DNA of 64,000 bases from an archaeon. Its GTDB lineage: Archaea > Nanobdellota > Nanobdellia > Pacearchaeales > GW2011-AR1. Each line of letters starts with the position of its first letter. The stretch's first letter is position 1. Both the position numbers and the translations under genes were made by a program. The stretch spans positions 8,484-72,483 of the forward strand of contig JBDROH010000022.1 of NCBI GenBank assembly GCA_043810285.1, written 5' to 3'. The notes beneath the pieces are model-generated. The model had not been told where the DNA came from. It did no database searches and worked only from the letters and a program-made list of their open reading frames with translations. This document shows positions 17,297 to 27,249 of this stretch, piece after piece.

Positions 17297-18001
17297 CTAA
17301 GGGTAACGATAAAAGATTAATAAACCTTTTTCATCAGAGATATAGAGTGAATCACCTTCGTCATTCCAGATACACGAGAAACTTTTTATGAAAGTCCCTT
17401 TTTGGAGTGTTTCTTTATAGGTGTGGGTGGCGTCGTCTTTTATTGTTACAGAGATTTCATCGCAAGAGTTTTCTAAAATTAAAAGTTCATCATTAGAACA
17501 CCGTATTGGCTGTTCTTTGTATTTCAATTCGATGAGTTTGAGACAGTTTGCATTAGGTGAATTTTTCCAAAGACCCTTTTTATTGAGCCTTGCGAATTCT
17601 TCAGCTTGTTTTAGTTCGTCATAATATTTGTCTTTTTCATAGTAATATAATGTAGCGAAACCTTCTCCAAGAATCTCCTTATTTATGTTTTTTCCGTCAA
17701 TAAATATGTATGCTAGGGTTCTCCCATATTTATCTGTGCCATAGCTTTCGATTTCAATTGACTTATTTTCAACTAATTGTCTGACTAATTCAGTCGCTTC
17801 TTGGCTAAAAGACATTAATTTTTCAGGAGTATTAATTCCCTTAAGTCTAATTTTTTGTCCTCCTATTAATTCCAATGTATCTCCGTCTATAACTCTCACT
17901 ACAATTGTAGAAGTTTTTGCGATGGTATCTTCAGTTATTTGATAGTAGAATATGCAAGAAGAAAGAAACAAAATAGCGAGAAATAGAGATTTGAGATTCA
18001 T
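17297..18001 (-). CDS. Secreted/membrane-anchored staphylococcal-nuclease (SNase/thermonuclease)-like nuclease with a C-terminal extension
   Basis: Signal/TM N-terminus. The motifs VVRVIDGDTLELIGGQKIRLKGINTPE and YGRTLAYIF match the SNase fold. Confidence 0.7.
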   Translation of the reverse strand: MNLKSLFLAILFLSSCIFYYQITEDTIAKTSTIVVRVIDGDTLELIGGQKIRLKGINTPEKLMSFSQEATELVRQLVENKSIEIESYGTDKYGRTLAYIFIDGKNINKEILGEGFATLYYYEKDKYYDELKQAEEFARLNKKGLWKNSPNANCLKLIELKYKEQPIRCSNDELLILENSCDEISVTIKDDATHTYKETLQKGTFIKSFSCIWNDEGDSLYISDEKGLLIFYRYP

Positions 18002-18042
18002 AGGATTTGGAATACAGCAAGGTTTAAAAGTGTAATTTTTGT

Positions 18043-18360
18043 TTGTGTCTTATGTCAAAAGTACGAATCAAATTGCAAAGTGTAGAAATCGGTAAATTGA
18101 ATGACGTTATCGATATGATAAAAACTATTGCTAGCGGTGCAGGAATTCCAATAAGTGGACCGATTCCATTACCGACGAAGCGATTGAAAGTAACTACTAG
18201 GAAATCTCCTTGCGGTGATGGAACTGCAACTTTCGACAGATTCGAAATGAGGATTCACAAACGTATTATTGATTTACCTGCTAATGATAAAATTCTTCAT
18301 AGTATTATGAGAATCAATATTCCTAGAACGGTTAAGATTAAGATTGAGATGGTTGATTAA
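18043..18360 (+). CDS. rps10: Ribosomal protein uS10
   Basis: Archaeal S10 sequence: RIKLQSVEIGKLNDVIDMIKTIASGAGIPISGPIPLPTKRLKVTTRKSPCGDGTATFDRFEMRIHKRIID. Confidence 0.85.
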   Translation: MCLMSKVRIKLQSVEIGKLNDVIDMIKTIASGAGIPISGPIPLPTKRLKVTTRKSPCGDGTATFDRFEMRIHKRIIDLPANDKILHSIMRINIPRTVKIKIEMVD

Positions 18361-18399
18361 AGAGATTATAATAATACTTAAAAAGATGTTTTTTTCAAT

Positions 18400-18834
18400 T
18401 TGACTATGATGACCCCATTACAATCTAGAATTGAACTTTCAGTTACAGGAGGTCTAGGTTATGATAGTAGAACGGATTTTTCTAAATCTTATAGTATCTA
18501 TTCCGATTATTTATCTCCGGAGGAAGTTAAGAATACTAGTGAGGGTTTAAAGGCACATTTAAGGGAATTGGCTAGTCCCGAGTATCGTCTTTATGGCGTA
18601 TGTTCTGGATTTCTTTTTTCTTCTACAGGAATAAGGATGGACATTATGACTTCTAGTAAGTTTAGAGATATGCAAATGAAGTGGAAGAATAGGAAACTAA
18701 TTGACAAAGCATATAATACTTTAGCAAGAGAACAAGGTAGGATAAACACTTTTGTTAGTGGGTTTATGAAAAAGGCATTTAGAGATAACCCCTTAGGTTT
18801 AATTGAATATCTTAATTCTACAAATTCTAGTTAA
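18400..18834 (+). CDS. Hypothetical protein
   Basis: 144-aa ORF between rps10 and tRNA-Ser. No recognisable motif. Confidence 0.4.
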   Translation: MTMMTPLQSRIELSVTGGLGYDSRTDFSKSYSIYSDYLSPEEVKNTSEGLKAHLRELASPEYRLYGVCSGFLFSSTGIRMDIMTSSKFRDMQMKWKNRKLIDKAYNTLAREQGRINTFVSGFMKKAFRDNPLGLIEYLNSTNSS

Positions 18835-18857
18835 TCTTAAAAACCATTCTCTCGGTT

Positions 18858-18938
18858 ATTGTATATTGCCCATATCGCATAACGGTATTGCACAAGACTG
18901 GAACTCTTGACCCTTCGGGGTGCCCAGGTTCGACTCCT
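18858..18938 (+). tRNA. tRNA-Ser (GGA), class II with a long variable arm
   Basis: Acceptor GCCCATA/TGTGGGC. Anticodon stem CAAGA/TCTTG with loop CTGGAAC. A 14-nt variable arm. T arm CCAGG-TTCGACT-CCTGG. 81 nt. Confidence 0.8.
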
Positions 18939-18964
18939 GGTGTGGGCGTAAATTAAAATCAAGT

Positions 18965-19774
18965 CTAAGCAAACCCCTTACTAATTCCCTCTTTCCAAAA
19001 TGAAGGTAATGGATTACTCACAAACCCTCGAAATTTCCCAGAATAAATATGCGTCAACCCTTGGTGTTCTTTAAACCTCTCAAAATCCTTATCTGCAGAC
19101 TCATAAATTTTCTGGACTATCTTTCTCTCAAAATCTTTCTGCAATAATGACGAAGGCTTCAATACCAGAAAATCAGCCTGCCTTAAAATATTTACTTCAA
19201 GATTCGAAGAATTCTGCGATATAAAGATTATACTAATATTTTTATGCCGAGCAACCATTATCAACTGACTCAGCAATTTATTCGCACTACTCATAGAACT
19301 TCTAGAATTAAATAAAACCCCTCCCTCATCAATCAAAACCATAGAATTATTCTTAATCTCTCCAATATCCGAGACTACATTTATCCAAGAAGGTAGCTCT
19401 TCTTTCCGAAACCCTATCGCAAAACATTCTTTCTCATACTTAGAATAAAAATTCTCCAAAAACTTTATCGCAAACGCAGTCTTCCCGGATCCCCTCGCAC
19501 CAAGGATAATCCCCATCTGACTATCTGACTTCGAAACATCATTTACCCATTCGGAATAATCACCTTCTATAACATGAATTATTTTAAATTTCTCATACTT
19601 TGAATTAATAGAATCTCGTTTCTTCTTCACTTTTACCTCCCTATCTTTTTCTGATATTTTTTTATCAAGCAAATACGCTCCCTTAAAGCAATAATACGGA
19701 AGTTTTACTATAAACAATAAACCTTTCCCTAAATATCTTAAAAATTTAGAAACTTTCTTCTTCCTCTTTTTCAT
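18965..19774 (-). CDS. P-loop NTPase with an N-terminal membrane segment (Zot-like/unknown family), lying between two tRNA-Ser genes
   Basis: Walker A GARGSGKTA, Walker B MVLIDEGG, and a hydrophobic N-terminal region. Confidence 0.55.
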   Translation of the reverse strand: MKKRKKKVSKFLRYLGKGLLFIVKLPYYCFKGAYLLDKKISEKDREVKVKKKRDSINSKYEKFKIIHVIEGDYSEWVNDVSKSDSQMGIILGARGSGKTAFAIKFLENFYSKYEKECFAIGFRKEELPSWINVVSDIGEIKNNSMVLIDEGGVLFNSRSSMSSANKLLSQLIMVARHKNISIIFISQNSSNLEVNILRQADFLVLKPSSLLQKDFERKIVQKIYESADKDFERFKEHQGLTHIYSGKFRGFVSNPLPSFWKEGISKGFA

Positions 19775-19883
19775 ACTTACTAGATAGATTTCAGAATTAT
19801 AAATTTATGCTTATACTTCTTTAACACAAGCAGTCATCTAAGCGTAAAACCTTAAAAACCTCTCCCTTCTAAAATGTCTATAA

Positions 19884-19964
19884 GCCCATATCGCATAATG
19901 GTATTGCACCGGTCTAGAAAACCGGGTCCGAAAGGGCATCCCCGTTCGATTCGGGGTATGGGCG
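19884..19964 (+). tRNA. tRNA-Ser-like class II tRNA with an apparent anticodon AGA (A34). Its 5' half is identical to tRNA-Ser(GGA) at 18858
   Basis: Acceptor GCCCATA/TATGGGC. Anticodon stem CCGGT/ACCGG with loop CTAGAAA. A 14-nt variable arm. T arm CCCCG-TTCGATT-CGGGG. A 3'-end fragment is repeated at 20053-20069. Confidence 0.6.
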
Positions 19965-20102
19965 TTTTAGAATCGAACGTTCGATTTGAGCATCTTCGCT
20001 TTGAACAAAAACAAAATTCAAATAAATATTTTTGTGAAATGCAAAGTGCGAACAGGGATATGGGCGTTTAAAATGATTTCTTGAGTTAAGGGAAGAATTA
20101 AT

Positions 20103-21479
20103 TTATCTTCTATGCCTTCTATTCCCTGAACCTGATCTGCTTCTTCCCTCTCTACCTCTACTTGAGTTTGGTCTACTTGAACTTTGTCTTCTTGAACCAG
20201 TTCTAAAATTTCCCCTACCGCCATCATCTCGACTCTCACCCCTACGAGCACTTCTTCCATGTCCACCACCTCTTTCACGACCGCCGGTACGACCACTTTG
20301 ATTTCTTGGTGCTGGTTTTGCATCTTTACCTTCGGCACTTTTTGCTTTTACAGAATGATATTTGTGTTCTGCTTGTTGAGTTTTTCTTTTTGTTAATCTT
20401 TCTATTTGATTAAGATAGTTTCTATCTTCTGCTGCACAAAATGAATACGCAGTTCCTTCGCTTCCAGCTCTAGCAGTTCTTCCGATTCGGTGAATATAAT
20501 TTTCTGGTTCGTTTGGTAAATCATAGTTTATGACGTGACTAATGTTTTCAATATCAATTCCTCTAGCTGCAATATCTGTTGCTACTAGAACTCTAACTTT
20601 ACCAAGTTTAAAATTATTCAAAGCCCTTGTTCTCTGATGTTGTGACTTATTACCATGAATAGCGTCTGAAGCTATTCCGCTCATATTTAATACTCTTACA
20701 ACCTTATCGGCTCGGTACTTCATTCCAACGAATACTAATACTCGGTTTATGTTTTGCTGTTTGATTAAATCGATTAATAACTCATTCTTGTTTTCTTGGT
20801 CTACAAAGAACACACATTGTTCAATTTTTTCTACAGGGGTTGACTGAGGTGTGATTTCTATTTTCACCGGGTGTTTTAGAAATTTTCTTGTTAGTTCTTC
20901 TATTTCTCTAGACATTGTTGCTGAGAAAAATAAGGATTGTTTTTCGTTTGGTAATGAAGACGCGATTTTGTTAACATCTTTTGAGAATCCCATATCAAGC
21001 ATTCGGTCTGCTTCGTCTAAAGTAAAAAATTCTACTTTGCCAAGATTTACTTTTCCTTGGTTCATTAAATCTACCAATCTTCCAGGTGTAGCGATGAGAA
21101 TGTCGACTCCGTGTTGAAGCGTTCTTATTTGTGGCCCTATTCCTACACCGCCATATACTGCTAGATGTTTGAACTTAAGGAATTTGCCATAAGTTTCAAA
21201 ACTCTCAGAGATTTGTGCGGCTAGTTCTCTCGTTGGTGCTAAGATAAGTGCCTTGGGTATTGTCGCCTTGTTGAAACCATATTTCTCATACAATTTCTGT
21301 AACATAGGAACAACGAATGCGGCGGTTTTCCCAGTTCCAGTTTGTGCAATTCCAATTACATCCCTTTCATCTAAAAGTAAGGGAATAGTTTTTTCTTGTA
21401 TTGGTGTTGGCTCTACATAGCCTTCTTTCTCGAGTGCTCTCAGGAGCGGTTCTATAATCTTTAATGATTTGAATTCCAT
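20103..21479 (-). CDS. DEAD-box ATP-dependent RNA helicase with a C-terminal Arg/Gly/Ser-rich tail. The start is taken at the internal Met MEFKSLKII
   Basis: Q-motif region TPIQ, Walker A AQTGTGKT, DEAD box (TLDEADRMLDMGF), SAT, HRIGRTARAG and an RG-rich tail. Confidence 0.85.
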   Translation of the reverse strand: MEFKSLKIIEPLLRALEKEGYVEPTPIQEKTIPLLLDERDVIGIAQTGTGKTAAFVVPMLQKLYEKYGFNKATIPKALILAPTRELAAQISESFETYGKFLKFKHLAVYGGVGIGPQIRTLQHGVDILIATPGRLVDLMNQGKVNLGKVEFFTLDEADRMLDMGFSKDVNKIASSLPNEKQSLFFSATMSREIEELTRKFLKHPVKIEITPQSTPVEKIEQCVFFVDQENKNELLIDLIKQQNINRVLVFVGMKYRADKVVRVLNMSGIASDAIHGNKSQHQRTRALNNFKLGKVRVLVATDIAARGIDIENISHVINYDLPNEPENYIHRIGRTARAGSEGTAYSFCAAEDRNYLNQIERLTKRKTQQAEHKYHSVKAKSAEGKDAKPAPRNQSGRTGGRERGGGHGRSARRGESRDDGGRGNFRTGSRRQSSSRPNSSRGREGRSRSGSGNRRHRR

Positions 21480-21599
21480 AATGAATAAACGAAAAATGGC
21501 TATATAAAGGGGGTAGTATAATAAAGACCTATAGAATTCAAGTTCTATTGGTTCCAAAGAACATTCTAACTAATTTCTCTATAACCTTTCTAAATAAAT

Positions 21600-23642
21600 T
21601 TAAACAGTCAAATAGTTTTCTTTCAAGTTAGATATACTAGAATTATCTCCTTCCGAAGAAGACGAAAGAAATGATAAAATCAATTTATACACTTCCGGAT
21701 ATTTATTTGGTAATGGTAGCTCACTATGTAAAAGATTAACACCATCACAGGTTCCATTTATATAGTAATTATTTGCCCAAGAGAGATAGGCACTAGAATT
21801 TTTTGCAATACCATCACCAGTTTCATTTTCCATATTACATCCAATCCCAATTATATTCTCAACAGAAATCTCTGGAATTTTTCCATAGGTTAGCTTATTC
21901 ATAAATAAACTTTTTTTATCCATATCCTCACAATGTTGATCTGAACCTAAAACCGGACAGATAGATAAGACTATACCTTCAATCCCATGGTTAGGAGTTC
22001 CAATCATAATTAATTTTTCAACATCCTCTTCTCCAAATATTTGAAGATATTTTCTGGTTACTAATCCTCCCATACTATGGGTAATTATGATTACCTTCTC
22101 TTTATTGGTTTTTAATTTTACTTCATTTACTATTTCATTTATTCTTAAAGCATAAGTATCTAAATTATCTGACTGTGTTTCAAGAATTACCGTTTCTTCA
22201 GTATTTTTATAGATATCAAAATAATAACTCGCTAAGAATACTACTTGTTTTCTGGTTCGTTTAAAAGTCTCTGCTACGCCCTCACTCTTCAGAAGAAGAG
22301 TTCCGCCATCTAAAAAACCGTCAGAAAATAACTTTTCTTGTATATCTCTTAAATCCTTTAAACTTTTTTCTGCAGAAATTGCACTATTGAATGAATGCCC
22401 ATGTAGTAATATTATAGGATATTTCGTAGCATCATTCGTACACGAATCGTCACAACATTTTTCTTTTATTCCTCCAAAAGAACAAATTAATTCTTCCAAT
22501 GGAATTGACAAATTTATAGAGTAATCTTTTGTAAAATTAAGATACAAATATTCTAGAACTGATGAATCAATCGTTTCAAAGATTAAATTATTTATTTTAG
22601 AACCATTTAAACTTAAATTGATTCCTTTTAATTCGTTTATTAATTCGTTTATTTCTCTATTTTTATTTTCTATATTAATTGTAGAATTTAGAGTACTAAT
22701 AAAGAGATTATGCTTCTGAATAAAACTAGACGTATTTTCAAGGTCTTCTTCACTCATGTTTTCTTGCAAAATCAAGTTCCTTAATGTTTCTTCTTCCCCT
22801 TTAATTAATAAAACGAGATTATTATATTCGTTAACCTCTGATTTTAAGAAGGTATTTTCTTTTTTAAGTGTTTTATTTGAAAAATTAATAGTTTTACTCA
22901 TGACAGATTCATATTCATAATTTTCAAAGTCTTCTAGACATTTTCTTATTTGAAGTTCTATTCCAGAAAAATTATCTTGTTTTAATTCCTCTGTTAAAAT
23001 TTTTTCAGATAAAACTCCGTGCAAATATTCATTTTCTAAAGATAAGAGATTTAACTCAGTGTATCCTTCAATTAATTTCTCTAATTTTTTAACAGCCTTT
23101 TCTCGTAAAATAGATTGGCTTTCGCTAAGATTATAATTTAAAGATATAATAACGCTTTTCTGAATGGATTTTTCCTTTGTTTCACAAAAAATAGATTTAT
23201 TCCCCACACAACTAACCCAGAACCTATATAATTTTTGACCAGCACCTTTATCTGGTGCTTGGAAAAGATATCTCTGCGAATAGGGATTTGATATTAGTGT
23301 ACTAAAACTATTTTTATGAATAAGTTTATCTATTGAAATATCGGTTAAGCTATACTCACAAGTAGACTTACAAAACGGATTTGTTGAAACATATATATCA
23401 ATTTTAATCTCTGACGAATCAGAATTATTCAAAAATAAGTCTTGACTATCTAGAGTTAGTCGTAATAAAGAATCATGTCCCATAAGTAAATATATCATCA
23501 AATACATTTTTGTTCCAAAAAAAAGAATTATAGAAAAAATTGCGAAGAAAGCAAAATAATAAACAAGTTTTCTAGGGAAAAATAAAAATTTATTTTCTAC
23601 TTTTTTTATTCTTTTTTTAGAATGTTTTTTAAACAACCCCAT
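21600..23642 (-). CDS. Membrane-anchored protein with a C-terminal alpha/beta-hydrolase (lipase-like, GxSxG = HSMGG) domain
   Basis: N-terminal TM helices, a long Asn/Ser/Leu-rich region, and a C-terminal PIILLHGHSFN...IITHSMGGLVTR lipase/PGAP1-like motif. Confidence 0.5.
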   Translation of the reverse strand: MGLFKKHSKKRIKKVENKFLFFPRKLVYYFAFFAIFSIILFFGTKMYLMIYLLMGHDSLLRLTLDSQDLFLNNSDSSEIKIDIYVSTNPFCKSTCEYSLTDISIDKLIHKNSFSTLISNPYSQRYLFQAPDKGAGQKLYRFWVSCVGNKSIFCETKEKSIQKSVIISLNYNLSESQSILREKAVKKLEKLIEGYTELNLLSLENEYLHGVLSEKILTEELKQDNFSGIELQIRKCLEDFENYEYESVMSKTINFSNKTLKKENTFLKSEVNEYNNLVLLIKGEEETLRNLILQENMSEEDLENTSSFIQKHNLFISTLNSTINIENKNREINELINELKGINLSLNGSKINNLIFETIDSSVLEYLYLNFTKDYSINLSIPLEELICSFGGIKEKCCDDSCTNDATKYPIILLHGHSFNSAISAEKSLKDLRDIQEKLFSDGFLDGGTLLLKSEGVAETFKRTRKQVVFLASYYFDIYKNTEETVILETQSDNLDTYALRINEIVNEVKLKTNKEKVIIITHSMGGLVTRKYLQIFGEEDVEKLIMIGTPNHGIEGIVLSICPVLGSDQHCEDMDKKSLFMNKLTYGKIPEISVENIIGIGCNMENETGDGIAKNSSAYLSWANNYYINGTCDGVNLLHSELPLPNKYPEVYKLILSFLSSSSEGDNSSISNLKENYLTV

Positions 23643-23736
23643 TTTATTATATTGAATATAGAGTTTATTAACTTAAGGAAATATTTATTCTAAATCTCTG
23701 AACTAATTATTTAAAGTTCATTAATCTTGCACGAGT

Positions 23737-24021
23737 TTATGTAAGGAAATCCTTCTTCCCCCAAAACTCTTCTGCCTCTTTTTCTAATTTTTCCAACCGG
23801 TCATAATAATCTGAAAATTCATTTAAATGTGCTAATGCAATTTTTCCAGTAATAATCGGATCATCATTAGTAACATTTGTTTCAACATCCACTAAACCAT
23901 GCTCTAACTCTACATTCATCCCAATTTTAAATTGGTTAACATCAAATTTATCCCATTGGATACCTAATTGTTCTCCAACTATCTTGGCTTCTTCCTCATT
24001 AAACTCTTTTTTCGATACCAT
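23737..24021 (-). CDS. Hypothetical protein
   Basis: 94-aa acidic ORF with no motif recognised. Confidence 0.35.
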   Translation of the reverse strand: MVSKKEFNEEEAKIVGEQLGIQWDKFDVNQFKIGMNVELEHGLVDVETNVTNDDPIITGKIALAHLNEFSDYYDRLEKLEKEAEEFWGKKDFLT

Positions 24022-24103
24022 TATATCTTTGACTTACACTGCAAAACAACTAAAAATAAAATAAAAATCTATATTAGGTTAATAATCTTTAATGATTATC
24101 TCC

Positions 24104-24340
24104 TTATTTTCTGTTGTTAAAACAATCTCTACAGAAAACTTCTCTTCCTTCAGTTGGTTTGAATGGTACTTCGCATTCTTTCTTACAGCCAGAGCATGTT
24201 GCCTTGTGCATTTCTCTAGGTCCTCTGTCGAAGTTATTCCTTCCGCCAAAATTGCTTCTTCCGCCTGAACTATTGCTTCTATTGTCGAATCTTTTTCTTT
24301 GTTCCATATTACTTTTTACTCCTTTCAATCTATATTGCAA
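24104..24340 (-). CDS. Small zinc-ribbon protein with an RGG/Asn-rich N-terminal region
   Basis: Two CxxC pairs (CSGCKKEC...CRDC). Preferred over the overlapping plus-strand ORF. Confidence 0.4.
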   Translation of the reverse strand: MQYRLKGVKSNMEQRKRFDNRSNSSGGRSNFGGRNNFDRGPREMHKATCSGCKKECEVPFKPTEGREVFCRDCFNNRK

Positions 24341-24564
24341 TATTAAAGAAAGTATACTTGTAGGTATAGTTCTCCATAATATTCATATTCAAAGTTTTTA
24401 TCAGTTTAAAAAGCTATGTTATAGTAATTTTCCTCTAAAAACTCTTAAGTTTTAACACAGAAAATTGTGCAAAATTTTATCCCTAAAGGGGAATAAATAA
24501 ATATTAATTATCAAGGGGTAAACCACAAAAAGCTTATAAATTTAAAATCCATTAAAAAACAACT

Positions 24565-25296
24565 ATGGTCTTAAGTTTGCCAAAATGGGTAACTGAGCAT
24601 TATAAAGAGAATGGTAAACAGATCTCTGAGATTTTTGAGGCTAACGAATGTTTTATGTCTACAGCAAAAATTATGCAAACAAGATTGGCTCATGGTAAGG
24701 AATTTCCAGATTTATGGCATCACTTCTTTGATACTCCGGATTTAGTTATCTATCCTCAAGGAAATAATGATAATGTTTATCTCTTGTTAACTACTAACAA
24801 ACAAGGAAGAATTACTGAAAATGGAGAAAAATTATTAAAATTGATTAGACCTGAGAATTTAGCTTCAAATGGAGGGGCTATCGTTGAAATATTGGATCAC
24901 CTAAAAGGAAACAATTTAATAAAAGTTTCAAGAAAGAAAATTACCACTGAAAAATATTTAACAAAAGACCAAACATTGAAAGAACAAGTATGGAGAATTC
25001 TTGCAAGACATCCCGATGAAGTCCATGCAGAAATTGCTGAAAATGCAGATTTATTGCAAGTATATACTACAATGGTTCAATTAAAAACCCGTGACTCTGA
25101 AAATATGACTATCTGCTTAGACAACCCATTGAAAGATAAGACAACATTTAAGACATTATGTATTGGAGGGATTAGTGGAAGATCTTCAGCTACGGGATGG
25201 TATAATCTCAACGATTATAATGGAAGATTTATAGGACTAACGTCAGATATAAATCCTGAAAGTTCAAGATTAGAAAAATCAGTTATAAATTCTTAA
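24565..25296 (+). CDS. Hypothetical protein
   Basis: 243-aa ORF with normal composition and no motif recognised. Confidence 0.4.
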   Translation: MVLSLPKWVTEHYKENGKQISEIFEANECFMSTAKIMQTRLAHGKEFPDLWHHFFDTPDLVIYPQGNNDNVYLLLTTNKQGRITENGEKLLKLIRPENLASNGGAIVEILDHLKGNNLIKVSRKKITTEKYLTKDQTLKEQVWRILARHPDEVHAEIAENADLLQVYTTMVQLKTRDSENMTICLDNPLKDKTTFKTLCIGGISGRSSATGWYNLNDYNGRFIGLTSDINPESSRLEKSVINS

Positions 25297-25301
25297 AAAA
25301 T

Positions 25302-26213
25302 TTAATACAAAGAACTTATTCCTGCAATGTCTCCTGATTCAAGAATTCTCTTTTTAGTTTCACCATAACTTGCATAGCCATACATTGTTTGTTCTGAGCA
25401 TCCACTTGTATACAAATCTCCCATGCCTACTGCATGTCCAAGTTCATGTGTTACTATATTTTCAAAATCCATTTTGTTAGTACAATCCGTTGTACAATCT
25501 TCAGACCAATCAAAATCAACATCATCAAAAATCATATCCCATTCCACTAGCACTCTCTTATTAGGTCGTCCTCCGAAAATACCCCATATAATTGTAATTC
25601 CAATTGCTCCTTGTGAATCAATATTTGCAAACATTACTTCATTTTTACCATTTAAATCTCCAATAGTCTCTCTATTAACTGAACTAGAGGTATCTTCCTC
25701 TCCAAGGATATTAGCTCCGCCTGAAGCATCTTCCCATTTATTAATATCAAATGCTAAATTACTTCTTATAGATGTGTTACTCAATCCTCTTATATTCTCA
25801 GTATCAACTAAGTATGGTTCAACACTTTTCCATTTTGCTCCGCTTGCTAAAAATGTATAACAAGAACTTGTATCTGGTTCTGGGTCAGGTTCTGGGTCAG
25901 GTTCTGGGTCAGGAACTTCTCCACAATCTTGTGGGCAACCTCCATCAGCTTCAAACACTAGGTGACACTTTCCATCTCCACAAACAGCTTTTGCAACCTT
26001 TTTCTTATCTTCAATCATAAAAGCATAACCTTCCACAACTTTTCCTTTATCAAATGCTTTCCCCAAATAGAAAACTCCTGGAGCAATCTTTACTGCATTG
26101 TCTGGAAGTGTGAATTCCTTATCTTGTTTTTGAGACTCTTTCCCAGCAACAACCATCCCAACTATCATTAACATAAATCCTAGAATAAAACCAACTGCTA
26201 TTATTTTTTTCAT
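25302..26213 (-). CDS. Secreted zinc metallopeptidase (HExxHxxGxxD, metzincin/snapalysin-like) with a (PEPD)n linker
   Basis: Signal peptide MKKIIAVGFILGFMLMIVGMVVA. Zinc-binding motif HELGHAVGMGD near the C-terminus. PDPEPDPEPDPEPD is encoded by a tandem 12-bp repeat. Confidence 0.65.
   Translation of the reverse strand: MKKIIAVGFILGFMLMIVGMVVAGKESQKQDKEFTLPDNAVKIAPGVFYLGKAFDKGKVVEGYAFMIEDKKKVAKAVCGDGKCHLVFEADGGCPQDCGEVPDPEPDPEPDPEPDTSSCYTFLASGAKWKSVEPYLVDTENIRGLSNTSIRSNLAFDINKWEDASGGANILGEEDTSSSVNRETIGDLNGKNEVMFANIDSQGAIGITIIWGIFGGRPNKRVLVEWDMIFDDVDFDWSEDCTTDCTNKMDFENIVTHELGHAVGMGDLYTSGCSEQTMYGYASYGETKKRILESGDIAGISSLY
25876..25912. repeat. Tandem 12-bp repeat (GGTTCTGGGTCA x3) encoding the PEPD linker of the metallopeptidase
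   Basis: Direct tandem repeat visible in the sequence, in frame within the CDS. Confidence 0.8.
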
Positions 26214-26370
26214 ATTTTTTCACCTATTGAGATATTAGGGCATAGAAGTATAAAAATGTTGTGTTATTAAAAAAATAATTTTGTTTTAGTAGCTATTGAA
26301 ATGATATTTACTATATCTATACTACAGAAGATATCATCAATAAATTTGAAACCTCGAATACAAACTGTAT

Positions 26371-27201
26371 TTATTTAAAATATAAACTCGCCCCTAAAAC
26401 TCCTGGATGTTTCAGCTTGCTCCATAAGATTGGAGTCTTTTTCGGAAACCGAACATATCTATCTAAATGTTTTCTTATCATTCTCAAAAACTTATCGCCA
26501 CACTCACTAACCCCTCCGGCTAAAATAACTACCTCCGGGTCAAAACAATGAATAAGCGACGCAATTCCCTGCCCATAATATTTTGTAAACTCTTCCAATA
26601 TTTTATCTGCTTTCACATTTTTCATTTTCATTAATTCATTAAAAAGTTTTGATTCTCCAAATAAATTAGTAGTTATACTCATTAATCTCTTCGACGCAGC
26701 CAAACTCTCAAAATCCTTACCACCATCTAAAATAATATGTCCAAGTTCTCCCCCATACCCTTCCCCTCTGTAAGGTTTGCCCTCGATAACCACACCACCA
26801 CCTATTCCCGTTCCAAGAGTTAAAATAATAAAATTCTTTTTTCTACAACCCAGTTTTAATTCAGCAAAAGCAACGCAATCAGCATCATTTTTAATAACAA
26901 CTGGAACCTTAAATTTGTCTTGCAAATCTTTCTTTAAATTATAATTTTTTATAGGCAAGTTTGGAGTAACCTTTATCACACCATCTTTTAACAATCCAGG
27001 AACCGCAACAGCTATACCTTTCACCTCGTCAGACATATAACTTCCCACAAGTTCAAAAATTTTTTCCTTAATCTCCACGAAAGTTTTAGGTGTTCTTTCC
27101 TTCAAATACTTCAATATTTTCCTATTTTTAATAAGAGCAACTCGAACATTCGTCCCACCCAAATCAATCGCTATAATCTTATCACCTCTAGAAACTTTCA
27201 T
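26371..27201 (-). CDS. ROK-family sugar kinase (putative glucokinase). The start is taken at the internal Met
   Basis: IAIDLGGTNVRVALI (ATP-binding N-terminus), LGTGIGGGVV, and the GELGHI ROK signature. Confidence 0.7.
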   Translation of the reverse strand: MKVSRGDKIIAIDLGGTNVRVALIKNRKILKYLKERTPKTFVEIKEKIFELVGSYMSDEVKGIAVAVPGLLKDGVIKVTPNLPIKNYNLKKDLQDKFKVPVVIKNDADCVAFAELKLGCRKKNFIILTLGTGIGGGVVIEGKPYRGEGYGGELGHIILDGGKDFESLAASKRLMSITTNLFGESKLFNELMKMKNVKADKILEEFTKYYGQGIASLIHCFDPEVVILAGGVSECGDKFLRMIRKHLDRYVRFPKKTPILWSKLKHPGVLGASLYFK

Positions 27202-27249
27202 AAAAACAAAAGACTTCCAATGTTTAAAAATCTGTTCATATATCAACCC

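Noticed and set aside
19874-20071. ORF-track + strand 65-aa ORF
   Set aside because: It is a direct translation of the tRNA-Ser-like gene and its duplicated 3'-end region, not a protein gene.
24114-24455. 113-aa + ORF overlapping the zinc-ribbon gene
   Set aside because: The minus-strand ORF has two CxxC pairs and a sensible composition. The plus ORF is Leu/Pro-rich antisense translation.
25876-25912. Tandem 12-bp repeat considered as a possible CRISPR-like array
   Set aside because: The units are 12 bp with no spacers, in-frame within a CDS, encoding a PEPD linker. No CRISPR array was found anywhere in the window.
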